This document shows positions 17,227 to 26,676 of a DNA stretch of 64,000 nucleotides, in pieces. A program made the translations under genes and the position numbers. The DNA comes from Acidimicrobiales bacterium (lineage in GTDB: Bacteria; Actinomycetota; Acidimicrobiia; Acidimicrobiales; SZUA-35): assembly GCA_041394265.1 (NCBI GenBank), contig JAWKIO010000005.1, forward strand, positions 4,007,401 through 4,071,400. The letters are read 5' to 3'. A model generated the notes under the pieces. The model was given only the letters and a program-made list of their open reading frames with translations, was not told the origin of the DNA and did no database searches. Within the stretch, counting starts at the first letter, position 1. Each line of letters opens with the position of its first letter.

Positions 17227-18429
17227 ATGGCCACGACAGCACACCACCGAGTCGTCATCATCGGCGGCGGCGCCGCCGGCATCTCGGTCGCCGCCCGACT
17301 CAAGCGTGAGATCGACGACATCGCCATCATCGAACCGTCCGACAAACACCACTACCAGCCCATGTGGACCTTGGTCGGCGGAGGCGTCGCCAAGCGAGAG
17401 GACACAGAGCGCGACGAGGCCTCGGTCATCCCGAAGGGGGTGAAGTGGATCAAGGACGCCGCTAGTGCCTTCGATCCCGACAACAACACCGTCGAGACGG
17501 CGAGCGGCAAGACGTACAGCTACGACGCGCTGGTGGTCTGTCCCGGGATCCAGCTCGACTGGGACAAGATTCCTGGTGTGACCGACACGATCGGCCGCAA
17601 CGGTGTGTCATCGAACTACACGTTCGATCTCGCCCCGAAGACGTGGGAGTTCATTCGCAACACCACCTCGGGAACGGCGGTGTTCACCATGCCGAGCGGG
17701 CCGATCAAGTGCGCTGGTGCGCCACAGAAGATCGCCTACCTCGCCTGTGACTACTGGCGGCAACAGGGAGTGCTCGACAACATCGACGTGCACCTGATCC
17801 TTCCGACGCCACGCACCTTCGGCGTTCCCCAGTTCGCCGACGCACTCGACAAGGTGGTCGAGGACTACGGCATCAACCTTCACCTGCTCGCCGAACTCGA
17901 GTCGGTCGAGGTCGACGCACGCAAGGCCGTGTTCAAGTCGATGGAGCCCGACGGCCCCGGCTTCACCCTTCCGTACGACATGATGCACGTCGTGCCGCAT
18001 CAGTCGGCACCGGACTGGGTCAAGCACAGCCCGCTCGCAAACGACACTCCTGCGGGCTACGTCGATGTCGACAAGCACACGCTGCAGCACGTTCGCTACC
18101 CGAACATCTTCGCTCTCGGCGACGCCGGCTCGACGCCCAACTCCAAGACGGGGGCCGCTGTTCGCAAGCAGGCGCCGGTGGTGGCGGCGAACGTCGTGAA
18201 GCAGCTGGCCGGTCAGGCGCTCGACGGCAAGAAGTACGACGGCTACGCCTCGTGTCCGCTCACCACGTCGCGATCGCGCATGCTCCTCGCCGAGTTCGAC
18301 TACGACCTCCAGCCGGCGCCGTCGTTCCCGATCATCGATCTGCAGAAGCCTCGTCGCGACATGTGGCTCGTCAAGAAGCACGGCCTCCCCATGCTCTACT
18401 GGAACGCGATGCTCAAGGGTCGGGCCTGA
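17227..18429 (+). CDS. FAD-dependent sulfide:quinone oxidoreductase-like protein (type II / SQRDL-like)
   Basis: ATG at 17227 follows GAGGAGACA. VVIIGGGAAGISVA, HHYQPMWTLVGGG, PIKCAGAPQKIAYL and the C-terminal YASCPL cysteine are as I recall for type II SQR. Confidence 0.75.
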   Translation: MATTAHHRVVIIGGGAAGISVAARLKREIDDIAIIEPSDKHHYQPMWTLVGGGVAKREDTERDEASVIPKGVKWIKDAASAFDPDNNTVETASGKTYSYDALVVCPGIQLDWDKIPGVTDTIGRNGVSSNYTFDLAPKTWEFIRNTTSGTAVFTMPSGPIKCAGAPQKIAYLACDYWRQQGVLDNIDVHLILPTPRTFGVPQFADALDKVVEDYGINLHLLAELESVEVDARKAVFKSMEPDGPGFTLPYDMMHVVPHQSAPDWVKHSPLANDTPAGYVDVDKHTLQHVRYPNIFALGDAGSTPNSKTGAAVRKQAPVVAANVVKQLAGQALDGKKYDGYASCPLTTSRSRMLLAEFDYDLQPAPSFPIIDLQKPRRDMWLVKKHGLPMLYWNAMLKGRA

Positions 18430-18473
18430 CGCCGATGCTCGAGGGCGGGGCCAGACGGCCCGGTGCTCGATGC

Positions 18474-18989
18474 TCAGTGGCGCCGCGGTCTCGGAATGAA
18501 CCGCGGTGTCACTGCGGCGTACGCCTCGTAGTCGGGATAGTGCTCGGCGAGGCGGTGTTCCTCCCATCGAGCCTTCAGGTGGAAGAACCCCACGGTCACC
18601 GCACCGACCGCCAGGGTGGACACGTTGCCTGATGCAGCGACCAGCCCGGCGACGATGCACAGCACACCGGTGTAGATCGGGTGGCGAACGTATCGATAGA
18701 GGCCGTCGGTGGCGAGCGACCCCCTTTCCCTGGGCACCGGCGTCGGTGTGAGCGACCGGCCGAGGCGGAGCGAGGCCACGACGGTCTCGAGAAGGCCGAC
18801 GCCGACCAACACGGTCCCCGCCGTCCGGAGCCACGACGGCGTCGGCCAGTGATCCGACGAAGGCAAGACGACCAACGCCACCAGGAGGATGGCCTGGATT
18901 GCAACGAAGGCCCAGCCGAGGATCGTGGCTCCCGTGGGGCCGCCCGATTGCGGTGTCGAGCGGTTGCTCGCTTGGTTCATCTCAGTCAT
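18474..18989 (-). CDS. isoprenylcysteine carboxyl methyltransferase (ICMT/PEMT) family membrane protein
   Basis: Four TM helices and the C-terminal LYRYVRHPIYTG ... WEEHRL motif. Its start overlaps the stop of the upstream MFS gene by 8 nt. Confidence 0.75.
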   Translation of the reverse strand: MTEMNQASNRSTPQSGGPTGATILGWAFVAIQAILLVALVVLPSSDHWPTPSWLRTAGTVLVGVGLLETVVASLRLGRSLTPTPVPRERGSLATDGLYRYVRHPIYTGVLCIVAGLVAASGNVSTLAVGAVTVGFFHLKARWEEHRLAEHYPDYEAYAAVTPRFIPRPRRH

Positions 18990-20304
18990 CCGAATTCGCG
19001 TTCAGCGTCTCGAGCAGTCGAGGTCGGCTGGCCAAGAACAGGGCGAAGATCAGCAGCACGCCTCCCGACATGACGACGGTTGCCTGCGGGCCGATGGTGT
19101 CGGCGAGGATGCCCTGTACCAGCGAACCCAGCGGGAACGACAGGGTGAACCCCATGACCCTCGCCGACATGACCCGCCCTCGCATCGAGTCGGTCACGAT
19201 CATCTGCACGGCGGTGTTGGTGGTGGCAATCACGGCGAGGAACCCGGCGCCGACGAAGAGCAACGAGATGAGTCCGAGGGGCCAGTTCGGGGCCAGGCCG
19301 AAGGAGATCACGGCGATGCCGTAGAGCGGGAGCCCGTAGCGAACGACGTCGGATCTCGACACGCGGGTGTCCCAGGTCGACAGTGCCGGGGCGGCCATGA
19401 CGGCGCCGATGCCCACGGCGGCGGCCAACACGCCGAGCACGTTCGGTCCGGCGCCGTACACCTGCTTCGCGAAGACGACCGTGAACTGGGTGACCGGGTT
19501 GCCGAAGAAGGCGACCAGCATGGCGCACACGATGCTGACGAGGATGCCGGTGCGCTGACGGATGTAGGACAGCGCCGATCGGAACTCCGCGACCACGCTG
19601 GCCTTGGCGCCCGAGGCGAAGTTGGTCTGCGACGGGTGCACCATCAGCAGGGCGCCGATCACCGCCAGGAACGACACGCCGTTCAGGAAGAAGGCCCATG
19701 CCGGCCCAACCGTGGCGAGGAGTAGGCCGGCCAGCGCCGGGCCGATCGCACGTGAAGCGTTGAACTGGGTCGAGTTCAGCGTGATGGCCGACGAGAGGTC
19801 GGACTTGGGGACGAGCGAGGGCACGAAGGCCTGCCAGCTCGGGATCATGATCCCGTTGAACACGCCGGTGAGTGCCGTGATGGCGAGGATCACCCACGGA
19901 TCGCGGACGTCGAGTGCCCACGCCGCCCACAGGAGGAAGGCAGCGACCGCCATCAGGATCTGGGCGGCGATGAGGACCTTCTTCCGATCGAGGCGATCAG
20001 CGAGCGATCCACCGAGCGGCCCGAGCGCGAAGGACGGGATGAACTGGGCGAACCCGGCGAGTCCGACGTAGATCGACTTGTTGGTGATCTCGAACAGGAC
20101 AAACGGCACGGCAAGGTTCTGGAGCCAGCTGCCGGTGTTGGAGGCGACGGCGCCGATGAGGAAGACGCGGAAGTCGCGGTGTCGCAGCGCTCGCATGCCG
20201 TGTTTGAAGCCGCCGGGGTGTGCAGTCGAGGGCCCGGTTCCCTCGGGGCCGCCGGTGTTGCGTATCGGCAGTGGGTCGTCGCTCTCGGTGTGCTGATTGC
20301 TCAC
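18982..20304 (-). CDS. MFS transporter
   Basis: 440 aa with about 12 hydrophobic helices. GTG start. Confidence 0.85.
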   Translation of the reverse strand: MSNQHTESDDPLPIRNTGGPEGTGPSTAHPGGFKHGMRALRHRDFRVFLIGAVASNTGSWLQNLAVPFVLFEITNKSIYVGLAGFAQFIPSFALGPLGGSLADRLDRKKVLIAAQILMAVAAFLLWAAWALDVRDPWVILAITALTGVFNGIMIPSWQAFVPSLVPKSDLSSAITLNSTQFNASRAIGPALAGLLLATVGPAWAFFLNGVSFLAVIGALLMVHPSQTNFASGAKASVVAEFRSALSYIRQRTGILVSIVCAMLVAFFGNPVTQFTVVFAKQVYGAGPNVLGVLAAAVGIGAVMAAPALSTWDTRVSRSDVVRYGLPLYGIAVISFGLAPNWPLGLISLLFVGAGFLAVIATTNTAVQMIVTDSMRGRVMSARVMGFTLSFPLGSLVQGILADTIGPQATVVMSGGVLLIFALFLASRPRLLETLNANSDD

Positions 20305-20360
20305 GGGCGGATCACGAGGGTGACACTAACGTGGTGAACGAGTCATGGGGGAGCTGAGGA

Positions 20361-21533
20361 ATGGTGTCATGGTCCAACTGGTCACAGAGCGAGACGTGCT
20401 CGCCGGCGCAACTGCACTTCGCCCGTAGCGTCGATGACATCTCGGCCGTGGTTGCCGAGGCCGCCGATGCTGCGATGCCGGTCCGCGTCGCCGGTTCTGG
20501 GCACAGTCACTACCGCCTCGTGCCGACCGATGGCGTGGTCCTCGATCTGTCCGGACTCACGGGCGTCATCTCGGCGGATCGCGAGCAGGGGCGGGCCCGG
20601 GTGTGGGCCGGCACGACCATCTACGCCCTCGGTCGGCCGTTGCACGACGCCGGGCTGGCGTTGCGCAATCAGGGCGACATCGACCGCCAGGCCATCGCCG
20701 GTGCGATCGGCACCGGCACGCACGGCACCGGCCTCCGGCTGTCGAACCTGACCTCGGCCGTCGTGGGGATGACCTTGGTGACAGCCGGTGGTGGGGTCGT
20801 TCGCTGCAGCTCGACCGAACACGCCGAACTCTTCCACGCTGCCCGACTGGGACTCGGCGCGTTCGGCGTCGTGACCGAGCTTGAACTCGACCTCGAACCG
20901 GCCTACCGGTTGGCCGAGACCAGTTGGCGCGCGAGCTACGACGACCTACGACCGCAGATCGACGACCTGAGCGAGGCGCATCGGCACTTCGAGTTCTTCT
21001 GGTACGCCGACACCGACCTTGCGCACGCCAAGTCAATGGACATCACCGAACGGCGGGCGGTGTATCCGGTGGCGGGTGAAGGCGAGCGATGCAATTGGAG
21101 CTACGAAGTGTTGCCCAATCACCGGCCACATCTCCACACCGAGATGGAGTACGCCGTGCCGGTCGAGACCTCGCTCGAGTGCCTCGACGAGATCCGTTCG
21201 CTGATGCGCGGCGAGTTCAGCGAGGTGCGGTGGCCCGTCGAGTACCGACGGGTCGCAGCCGACGACGTGTGGTTGTCGCAGGCCTACGGCCGCACGGTGG
21301 CCACGATCTCGGTGCACCAGGGCATCGGCCTGCCGGCAGAACCGTTCTTCCGAGCCTGCGAACAGATCTTCCTTCGCTACGACGGCCGCCCCCACTGGGG
21401 CAAGGTTCATTACCTCGATGGCGCTCGCCTCGCCGAGCGGCATCCGCGGTGGGACGACTGGTGGCGAGCCCGCGACGCAGTCGACCCCGACGGGGTCTTC
21501 CTCAACGATCGTCTGCGGAGCTGGCGCAGCTGA
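20361..21533 (+). CDS. FAD-linked oxidase, D-arabinono-1,4-lactone / L-gulonolactone oxidase family
   Basis: ATG follows GAGCTGAGGA. VRVAGSGHS FAD-binding segment and a C-terminal HWGK motif typical of ALO-type oxidases. Confidence 0.75.
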   Translation: MVSWSNWSQSETCSPAQLHFARSVDDISAVVAEAADAAMPVRVAGSGHSHYRLVPTDGVVLDLSGLTGVISADREQGRARVWAGTTIYALGRPLHDAGLALRNQGDIDRQAIAGAIGTGTHGTGLRLSNLTSAVVGMTLVTAGGGVVRCSSTEHAELFHAARLGLGAFGVVTELELDLEPAYRLAETSWRASYDDLRPQIDDLSEAHRHFEFFWYADTDLAHAKSMDITERRAVYPVAGEGERCNWSYEVLPNHRPHLHTEMEYAVPVETSLECLDEIRSLMRGEFSEVRWPVEYRRVAADDVWLSQAYGRTVATISVHQGIGLPAEPFFRACEQIFLRYDGRPHWGKVHYLDGARLAERHPRWDDWWRARDAVDPDGVFLNDRLRSWRS

Positions 21534-21667
21534 TCGTGGTGGCTCTCGAGACACCCCTTCCCACGGGTTAGTCGCGTGACTAGGATGTGTCTCGCGTCAC
21601 GTCGACGGTCTGCAATCGTCACGGTCGCTGTCCGTTCGCATCCTCCGTCCACCTCTCAGGAGACCCG

Positions 21668-22885
21668 ATGTCCATCTACGAAACCGGCAGCCAAGAACTC
21701 TCCCCGGTCACCGACTGGGTGCACGACTGGGACTGGCTCGATGACCAGTGGGGCCCCAATGCCATCGACATCTGGAATCAGGTGCGCGAGCAGGGGCCGA
21801 TGGCGACCACCGAGCGCTACGGGCGGGCCCACATGCCGGTCACGATGGACGCCGTTGCTGCCATCGCTCACGACACCGAACACTTCTCGTCGGTGTGGGT
21901 GAGCGTCGCCCGCCCCGACGCTCCTCGCACCCCGGCCCCGCCCATCACCTCCGATCCGCCCGATCACCACGACCATCGCCGGCTCCTGCTTCCCTCGTTC
22001 AGCCCCAAGGTGATCGAGCCCATGGAAAAGGACATGCGCGACTTCTGTCGCAAGCTGATCAGCGACATCGGCGACGCCGAGTCCGCCGATGCTGCGGTGC
22101 AATACGCGCAACACATCCCGGTACACGGCATCTGCGCCCTGCTCGGCGTGCCCGAGTCCGACGCCGACATGTTCCGTGACTGGATCTTCCGCAACTTCCA
22201 GCTCGCACCCCGCGACAACGCCGTTCGTGAGCAGTTGCGGATCGAGATGGACGACTACATGGGCAAGATGCTCGAGCTGCGGGCGGCCGAACCCAAGGAC
22301 GACCTCCTCACGCTCATCACCAACGCCGAGTTCGACGGGGTGCCCGCAGCGCTCGAGCTCAAGCTGGGCTACGTCAAGCTCATGATCATCGCCGGCATCG
22401 ACACCACGTGGAGTGCGTTGGCGTCGGGCCTGTGGCACTTCGCCCAGCACCCCGAAGAGGTCGAAGCGCTCGTGGCGGTCGACAACGACGATCCGCTGTG
22501 GATGACCGCCAGCGAGGAAGTGCTGCGGTACTACGCACCCGTCACCATGGGTCGCAAGGTCATCGCCGACACCGAGGTCGCCGGTTGCCCGATCCATGCC
22601 GGCGACCAGACCCTGCTGACCTTCCCGGCGGCCAACCACGACCCGGCGGCGTTCGAGAACCCCGAGCAGTTCCAGATCGACCGGGCCAAGAACCGGCACG
22701 TCGCCTTCGGGCTCGGAATCCACCGCTGCCTCGGCTCGAACCTTGCTCGGCTCGAGCTGCTGGTCGGTCTCCAGGAATGGCTGCGGGCGTTCCCCGGCTA
22801 CTCGCTCGACTCGTCGAAGGAAACCACCTGGGCCAACGGGCAGGTGCGGGGGCCGCGGAGCATCCCGGTGCTGCTCGGTCGCTGA
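21668..22885 (+). CDS. cytochrome P450
   Basis: ATG at 21668 follows CAGGAGA. I-helix AGIDTTWS, EVLRYY (ExxR) and heme loop FGLGIHRCLGSNLA. Confidence 0.92.
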   Translation: MSIYETGSQELSPVTDWVHDWDWLDDQWGPNAIDIWNQVREQGPMATTERYGRAHMPVTMDAVAAIAHDTEHFSSVWVSVARPDAPRTPAPPITSDPPDHHDHRRLLLPSFSPKVIEPMEKDMRDFCRKLISDIGDAESADAAVQYAQHIPVHGICALLGVPESDADMFRDWIFRNFQLAPRDNAVREQLRIEMDDYMGKMLELRAAEPKDDLLTLITNAEFDGVPAALELKLGYVKLMIIAGIDTTWSALASGLWHFAQHPEEVEALVAVDNDDPLWMTASEEVLRYYAPVTMGRKVIADTEVAGCPIHAGDQTLLTFPAANHDPAAFENPEQFQIDRAKNRHVAFGLGIHRCLGSNLARLELLVGLQEWLRAFPGYSLDSSKETTWANGQVRGPRSIPVLLGR

Positions 22886-22888
22886 TTC

Positions 22889-23515
22889 GTGGCCGAGGCC
22901 GACGACGCCGATGCCGGCGGACTGATCGAACCACGGGCGGGCGAGCACATCGATGCTCGTCCGTTCGGTCGTGATGCGGTGTGCGATGCGCTGATCGACG
23001 CCACGATCGCGTTCATCATGGAGGAGGGTCTCGACGTCTCGATCCGCCGAATCGCCGCCCGTGCCGGCGTCAACCACGGTCTGGTCCATGCGTACTTCGA
23101 GAACAAGCAGGGCCTGTTGTCGGCGGCCGTCGACGCCATCAATCAGCGGGCCAGTCTCGAGGTCGACGACGACGGGTTCCCTCCGCCGGATCTTGCCTCG
23201 CGTCGTGGTGGTGAGCTGGCGCGGGCCGTCGCCCGGATCCAGCTCGATCAGGGCAAGGACCTCGGCTCGTCCAACCCGATCTCATCGGCCTGGCGGGCGG
23301 CGCTCGCCTCGTCTCGACCCGATCTGACCAGCACCGAGATCGACACCATGGTCGCGACCGCATCGGCGCTCGGCCTGGGGTGGGCGCTCTTCGCCGATCA
23401 CCTGTCGGATCTCCTGGGTGTCGACACCGAGCAGCGGCTCGCGCTCGACACACACGTGTCGTCGGTCATCGCACAGCTCGGCGGGTTGCCCTGGCCAAGC
23501 CCCGAGGTGCGCTGA
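22889..23515 (+). CDS. TetR/AcrR family transcriptional regulator
   Basis: Starts 4 nt after the P450 stop. HTH region SIRRIAARAGVNHGLVHAYFENKQGLL. Confidence 0.8.
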   Translation: MAEADDADAGGLIEPRAGEHIDARPFGRDAVCDALIDATIAFIMEEGLDVSIRRIAARAGVNHGLVHAYFENKQGLLSAAVDAINQRASLEVDDDGFPPPDLASRRGGELARAVARIQLDQGKDLGSSNPISSAWRAALASSRPDLTSTEIDTMVATASALGLGWALFADHLSDLLGVDTEQRLALDTHVSSVIAQLGGLPWPSPEVR

Positions 23516-23559
23516 TCGTCGAGCTGCTCGGTGGTTCTGTCGCCCCGACGGGGGGCGAC

Positions 23560-23913
23560 TCAGCTCGGGATCGTCTCGCGTGGGGTGCCGAACCGGAACT
23601 CCTTCGAGCCCCGCGAGCGGGCGATCGAGAACGCGCCGGCGATCACCCAGAAGCTGAACAGGCCGAAGCCGGCCAGCACCTGCTTGGTGGCCGTGCTGTT
23701 GGAGTACTTCTCGCCGAGTTCGTGCGCAGAGGTGGTGTCGCCGGGAGCGGAACCGAGCGGGGCGGCGGTCTGCGCCGGCCCGGCCATGAGCGCAGCAACG
23801 AGGAGCAGGATCGCCACGACCACGACCACCGCAGCCACCGTCAACTGGTTGAGGGTGAGCACCCACTGTCCGTTCTGGCGGATGCCGTGGCTGCGTTGCT
23901 CGGTCGTCGTCAT
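23560..23913 (-). CDS. hypothetical two-TM membrane protein (117 aa)
   Basis: ATG at 23913. High GC3. Two clear hydrophobic helices. The upstream part of track ORF 23560..24423 is antisense to the ArsR gene. Confidence 0.6.
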   Translation of the reverse strand: MTTTEQRSHGIRQNGQWVLTLNQLTVAAVVVVVAILLLVAALMAGPAQTAAPLGSAPGDTTSAHELGEKYSNSTATKQVLAGFGLFSFWVIAGAFSIARSRGSKEFRFGTPRETIPS

Positions 23914-24009
23914 CACCAGATCAGTCTGGCACCGACGACGGTCGATCGTGTGGCGATCGCTCGCACCCGTCGGCACGTGGTGCAAATATTGCTGAACAGT
24001 CATAGAGTG

Positions 24010-24345
24010 ATGGACATGCCCGAGGCCCTTCCCGCCGAACTCCTCGAACACGTGGCTGAGCGCTTCAAGGTGCTCGGCGACGTCACCCGGTTGTCGATCG
24101 TGAGTGCCCTGGTCGATCACGGCGAGTCGAGTGTCGGCGAGTTGGTCGACCTGCTCGGTGCAGGGCAGGCCAACGTGTCGAAGCATCTGCGGGTCCTGCA
24201 TGACGCCGGCATCGTGAGTCGTCGACCCGAAGGAACATCGGTCTACTACTCGGCGACCGATCCGAGCCTGATGTCGCTGTGTTCGATCGTGTGTCAACGC
24301 CTTCGGGAGCAAGTCGAGCAGGAAGCCCGCACGTTCTCGCTCTGA
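24010..24345 (+). CDS. ArsR/SmtB family transcriptional regulator
   Basis: ATG at 24010. FKVLGDVTRLSIVSAL ... VGELVDLLGAGQANVSKHLRVLHDAGIV winged-helix signature. The only cysteines are a C-terminal CSIVC pair. Confidence 0.85.
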   Translation: MDMPEALPAELLEHVAERFKVLGDVTRLSIVSALVDHGESSVGELVDLLGAGQANVSKHLRVLHDAGIVSRRPEGTSVYYSATDPSLMSLCSIVCQRLREQVEQEARTFSL

Positions 24346-24459
24346 ACCCGCCAACCATCGTCGGGTCGGTCGCCGTCGGGCGTTCCGCACTCGATCCCCT
24401 TCGGTCCTCGTTGGCCTTCTCACCTCGCATCTATCACTGATTAGTCAAGGAGTTATCGA

Positions 24460-26562
24460 ATGACCATCGACGAAACACCGTTGGCCCGCTTGGGCCGATG
24501 GTCGCACCGTTCTCGCAAGGCGGTGATGATCACCTGGCTCGTGCTGGCACTGGGCCTCGGTGTGTTCGCCCCGAGTCTCGAGCACGCACTCTCCGGCGCC
24601 ATGTGGGAGGTCAAGGGCAGCGACTCGCTTGCTGCTCGCAACATCATCGACGAGCAATTTGGTGGGTTGTCGTCGCAGTCTGCGGTCATCGTGATCCACA
24701 GCGACACGCTTGCGGTCGAGGCCCCGGCGTTCCAAGAGGCGATCGCGGATGCCAACGCCGTGCTCGAGACCGAGGAGGCCTTCGGTCCGGCGATGCCCGC
24801 GATGCCGGGGATGGACGGCCACACGGTCATGATCCAGGCCGGCGCCGTGGTCGATCCGACAGAGGCGGTGAAGGCGGCAGAACGAATCCATGACGCCGTC
24901 GGTGAATTGTCGACCGTCGACGACGGAGGCGACCTCACCGTGGCGCTCACCGGATCGCCGGCGTTCTGGGGCGACTTCAACGCCGTGAACCGAGAGGGCA
25001 TGATGAAGGCCGAGATCCTGACCTGGCCGGTCACGGCCGTGATTCTCGTCCTTGCCTTCGGGACGCTCGCTGCCGCTGGACTCCCGCTGCTGCTGACGGC
25101 CGCAGGTCTCGCCGCGTCGATGGGCGTGCTGTTCGGGATCACCCAGTTCACCGACCTGTCGATCTGGACCCTCAACTTCGCCATGATGTTCGCCCTCGCG
25201 CTGGGGATCGACTACGCGCTGTTCATCGTCACCCGGTTCCGCGCGGCCCTGCATGCACAGCCCGACCAGGTCGAGCACGCTGTCGGGATCACCATGGACA
25301 CCGCAGGCAAGGCGGTGCTCTTCTCCGGCCTGACGGTCATGATCAGCCTGTCGGCCGTCCTGCTCGTGCCGATCCCCGCCTTCCAGTCGATGGCGGCCGG
25401 GATGATGTTGTCAGTCGGGTTCGTCATGTTGGCGGCGCTCACCCTGCTGCCTGCGTTGCTCGGCCCGGGCATCGACCGATTCGCCTTGCCGTGGCACGCC
25501 GTCAGCGATCACCGCAGTCCATGGTTCGAGAACATGGCCCGAAAGATCGAAGGCAAGCGGGTGTTGGCGGCAGGTACCGCCGTCGTCATGCTCCTGGGCC
25601 TCGCCGGCCCGCTGCTCGGGCTGAAGACCGGCATGCCGAGCGTGACCGTGCTCCCCAAGGACGAACAAGCCCGCCAGGGCTACGACCTCCTCGCCCAGGC
25701 GTTCGGCCCCGGCGGGCCCGGTCCGCTGCAGATCATCGTCCCCGCTGGCACCGATGCTGCGGCCGTTGCCGAGCAGGTGGGCGCAACACCCGGGATCGCC
25801 ATGGCGTTCCCGCCGGCCCCTGGCGCCGCTGGTGCCTCGATGATCAACGCGGTGTCCGCCTATGACCCGTCGTCGCCCGAGGCACTCGATGTCGTGGCCG
25901 CACTGCGAGACGAGCTGCCCGCCGGCGTGCTGGTCGGAGGGCCGGTGGCCGAGAACGTCGACCTCGACGCCACGTTGAGCGCGAAAGCGCCGCTCGTCAT
26001 CGGCGTCGTGCTGGTGCTCGGCTTCCTGCTGCTGGTCATCGCCCTCCAGGCGTTGCTGGTCGCCGTGGTCGGCGTGATCTTCAACCTGCTGTCGGTCGGC
26101 GCCGCCTTCGGCGTGGGGGCGCTCGCCTTCCAGCACGGCTGGGCGGCCGGGCCGATGGGGTTCGAGAGCCAGGGCTACCTGACCTCGTGGGCGCCACTGT
26201 TCTTCTTCACGCTCGTGTTCGCCATCTCGATGGACTACACGGTCTTCCTGCTCGCCTCGACCCGGGAGCACTTCGAGCGCTCGGGCGACGCAGCTGAAGC
26301 GGTACGAGGATCCATCGCTCACACCGGGCGACCGATCGTCGCCGCTGCCGGTGTGATGATCGGCGTCTTCTACACCTTCGCCATCGCCGGCACCCTGCCG
26401 ATGAAGGAGATGGGCCTCATCCTCGGTACCGCGGTGCTGCTGGACGCCTTCCTCATCCGGCTGATCCTCGTACCGGCGGTGCTCTACATGATCGGCAATT
26501 CGGCGTGGTGGCTCCCGAAGTCGCTCGGACGGGTGCTCCCCGACGTGAAGTTCGCCCACTGA
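24460..26562 (+). CDS. MMPL family (RND-type) transporter
   Basis: 700 aa. AAGGAG lies 7 nt upstream of the ATG. Two blocks of about 6 TM helices are each preceded by a soluble loop. Confidence 0.88.
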   Translation: MTIDETPLARLGRWSHRSRKAVMITWLVLALGLGVFAPSLEHALSGAMWEVKGSDSLAARNIIDEQFGGLSSQSAVIVIHSDTLAVEAPAFQEAIADANAVLETEEAFGPAMPAMPGMDGHTVMIQAGAVVDPTEAVKAAERIHDAVGELSTVDDGGDLTVALTGSPAFWGDFNAVNREGMMKAEILTWPVTAVILVLAFGTLAAAGLPLLLTAAGLAASMGVLFGITQFTDLSIWTLNFAMMFALALGIDYALFIVTRFRAALHAQPDQVEHAVGITMDTAGKAVLFSGLTVMISLSAVLLVPIPAFQSMAAGMMLSVGFVMLAALTLLPALLGPGIDRFALPWHAVSDHRSPWFENMARKIEGKRVLAAGTAVVMLLGLAGPLLGLKTGMPSVTVLPKDEQARQGYDLLAQAFGPGGPGPLQIIVPAGTDAAAVAEQVGATPGIAMAFPPAPGAAGASMINAVSAYDPSSPEALDVVAALRDELPAGVLVGGPVAENVDLDATLSAKAPLVIGVVLVLGFLLLVIALQALLVAVVGVIFNLLSVGAAFGVGALAFQHGWAAGPMGFESQGYLTSWAPLFFFTLVFAISMDYTVFLLASTREHFERSGDAAEAVRGSIAHTGRPIVAAAGVMIGVFYTFAIAGTLPMKEMGLILGTAVLLDAFLIRLILVPAVLYMIGNSAWWLPKSLGRVLPDVKFAH

Positions 26563-26589
26563 TCGAGGGCCGCTCGTTCCGGTGGCAAC

Positions 26590-26630
26590 GGAGGCCAAGG
26601 GACCAAGGTCCCTTGGCCTCCGCTCGTTTT
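26590..26630 (+). terminator. intrinsic terminator after the MMPL gene
   Basis: Perfect 15-bp stem GGAGGCCAAGGGACC-AA-GGTCCCTTGGCCTCC followed by GCTCGTTTT. Confidence 0.75.
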
Positions 26631-26638
26631 GTACGGAC
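26628..26638. promoter_or_regulatory. TTTGTACGGAC motif, copy 2
   Basis: Exact copy of 17096-17106, located 39 nt upstream of the GTG start of the second SQR-type gene. Confidence 0.45.
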
Positions 26639-26676
26639 AATTTCGGTTGACGCTTCGACCATTGGGAGGCCAGATC

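Noticed and set aside
21534-21667. A TetR operator upstream of the P450 gene (TAGTC-GCGT-GACTA and the nearby TCGCGTCAC)
   Set aside because: The arms are only 5 bp and the second element is a direct, not inverted, similarity. The site is plausible but too weak to report as a feature.
23914-24009. An ArsR-type 12-2-12 operator upstream of the ArsR gene (around AATATTGCTGAACAGTCATAG)
   Set aside because: Only 3-bp arms (CTG..CAG) are truly palindromic. That is not enough to claim a site from sequence alone.
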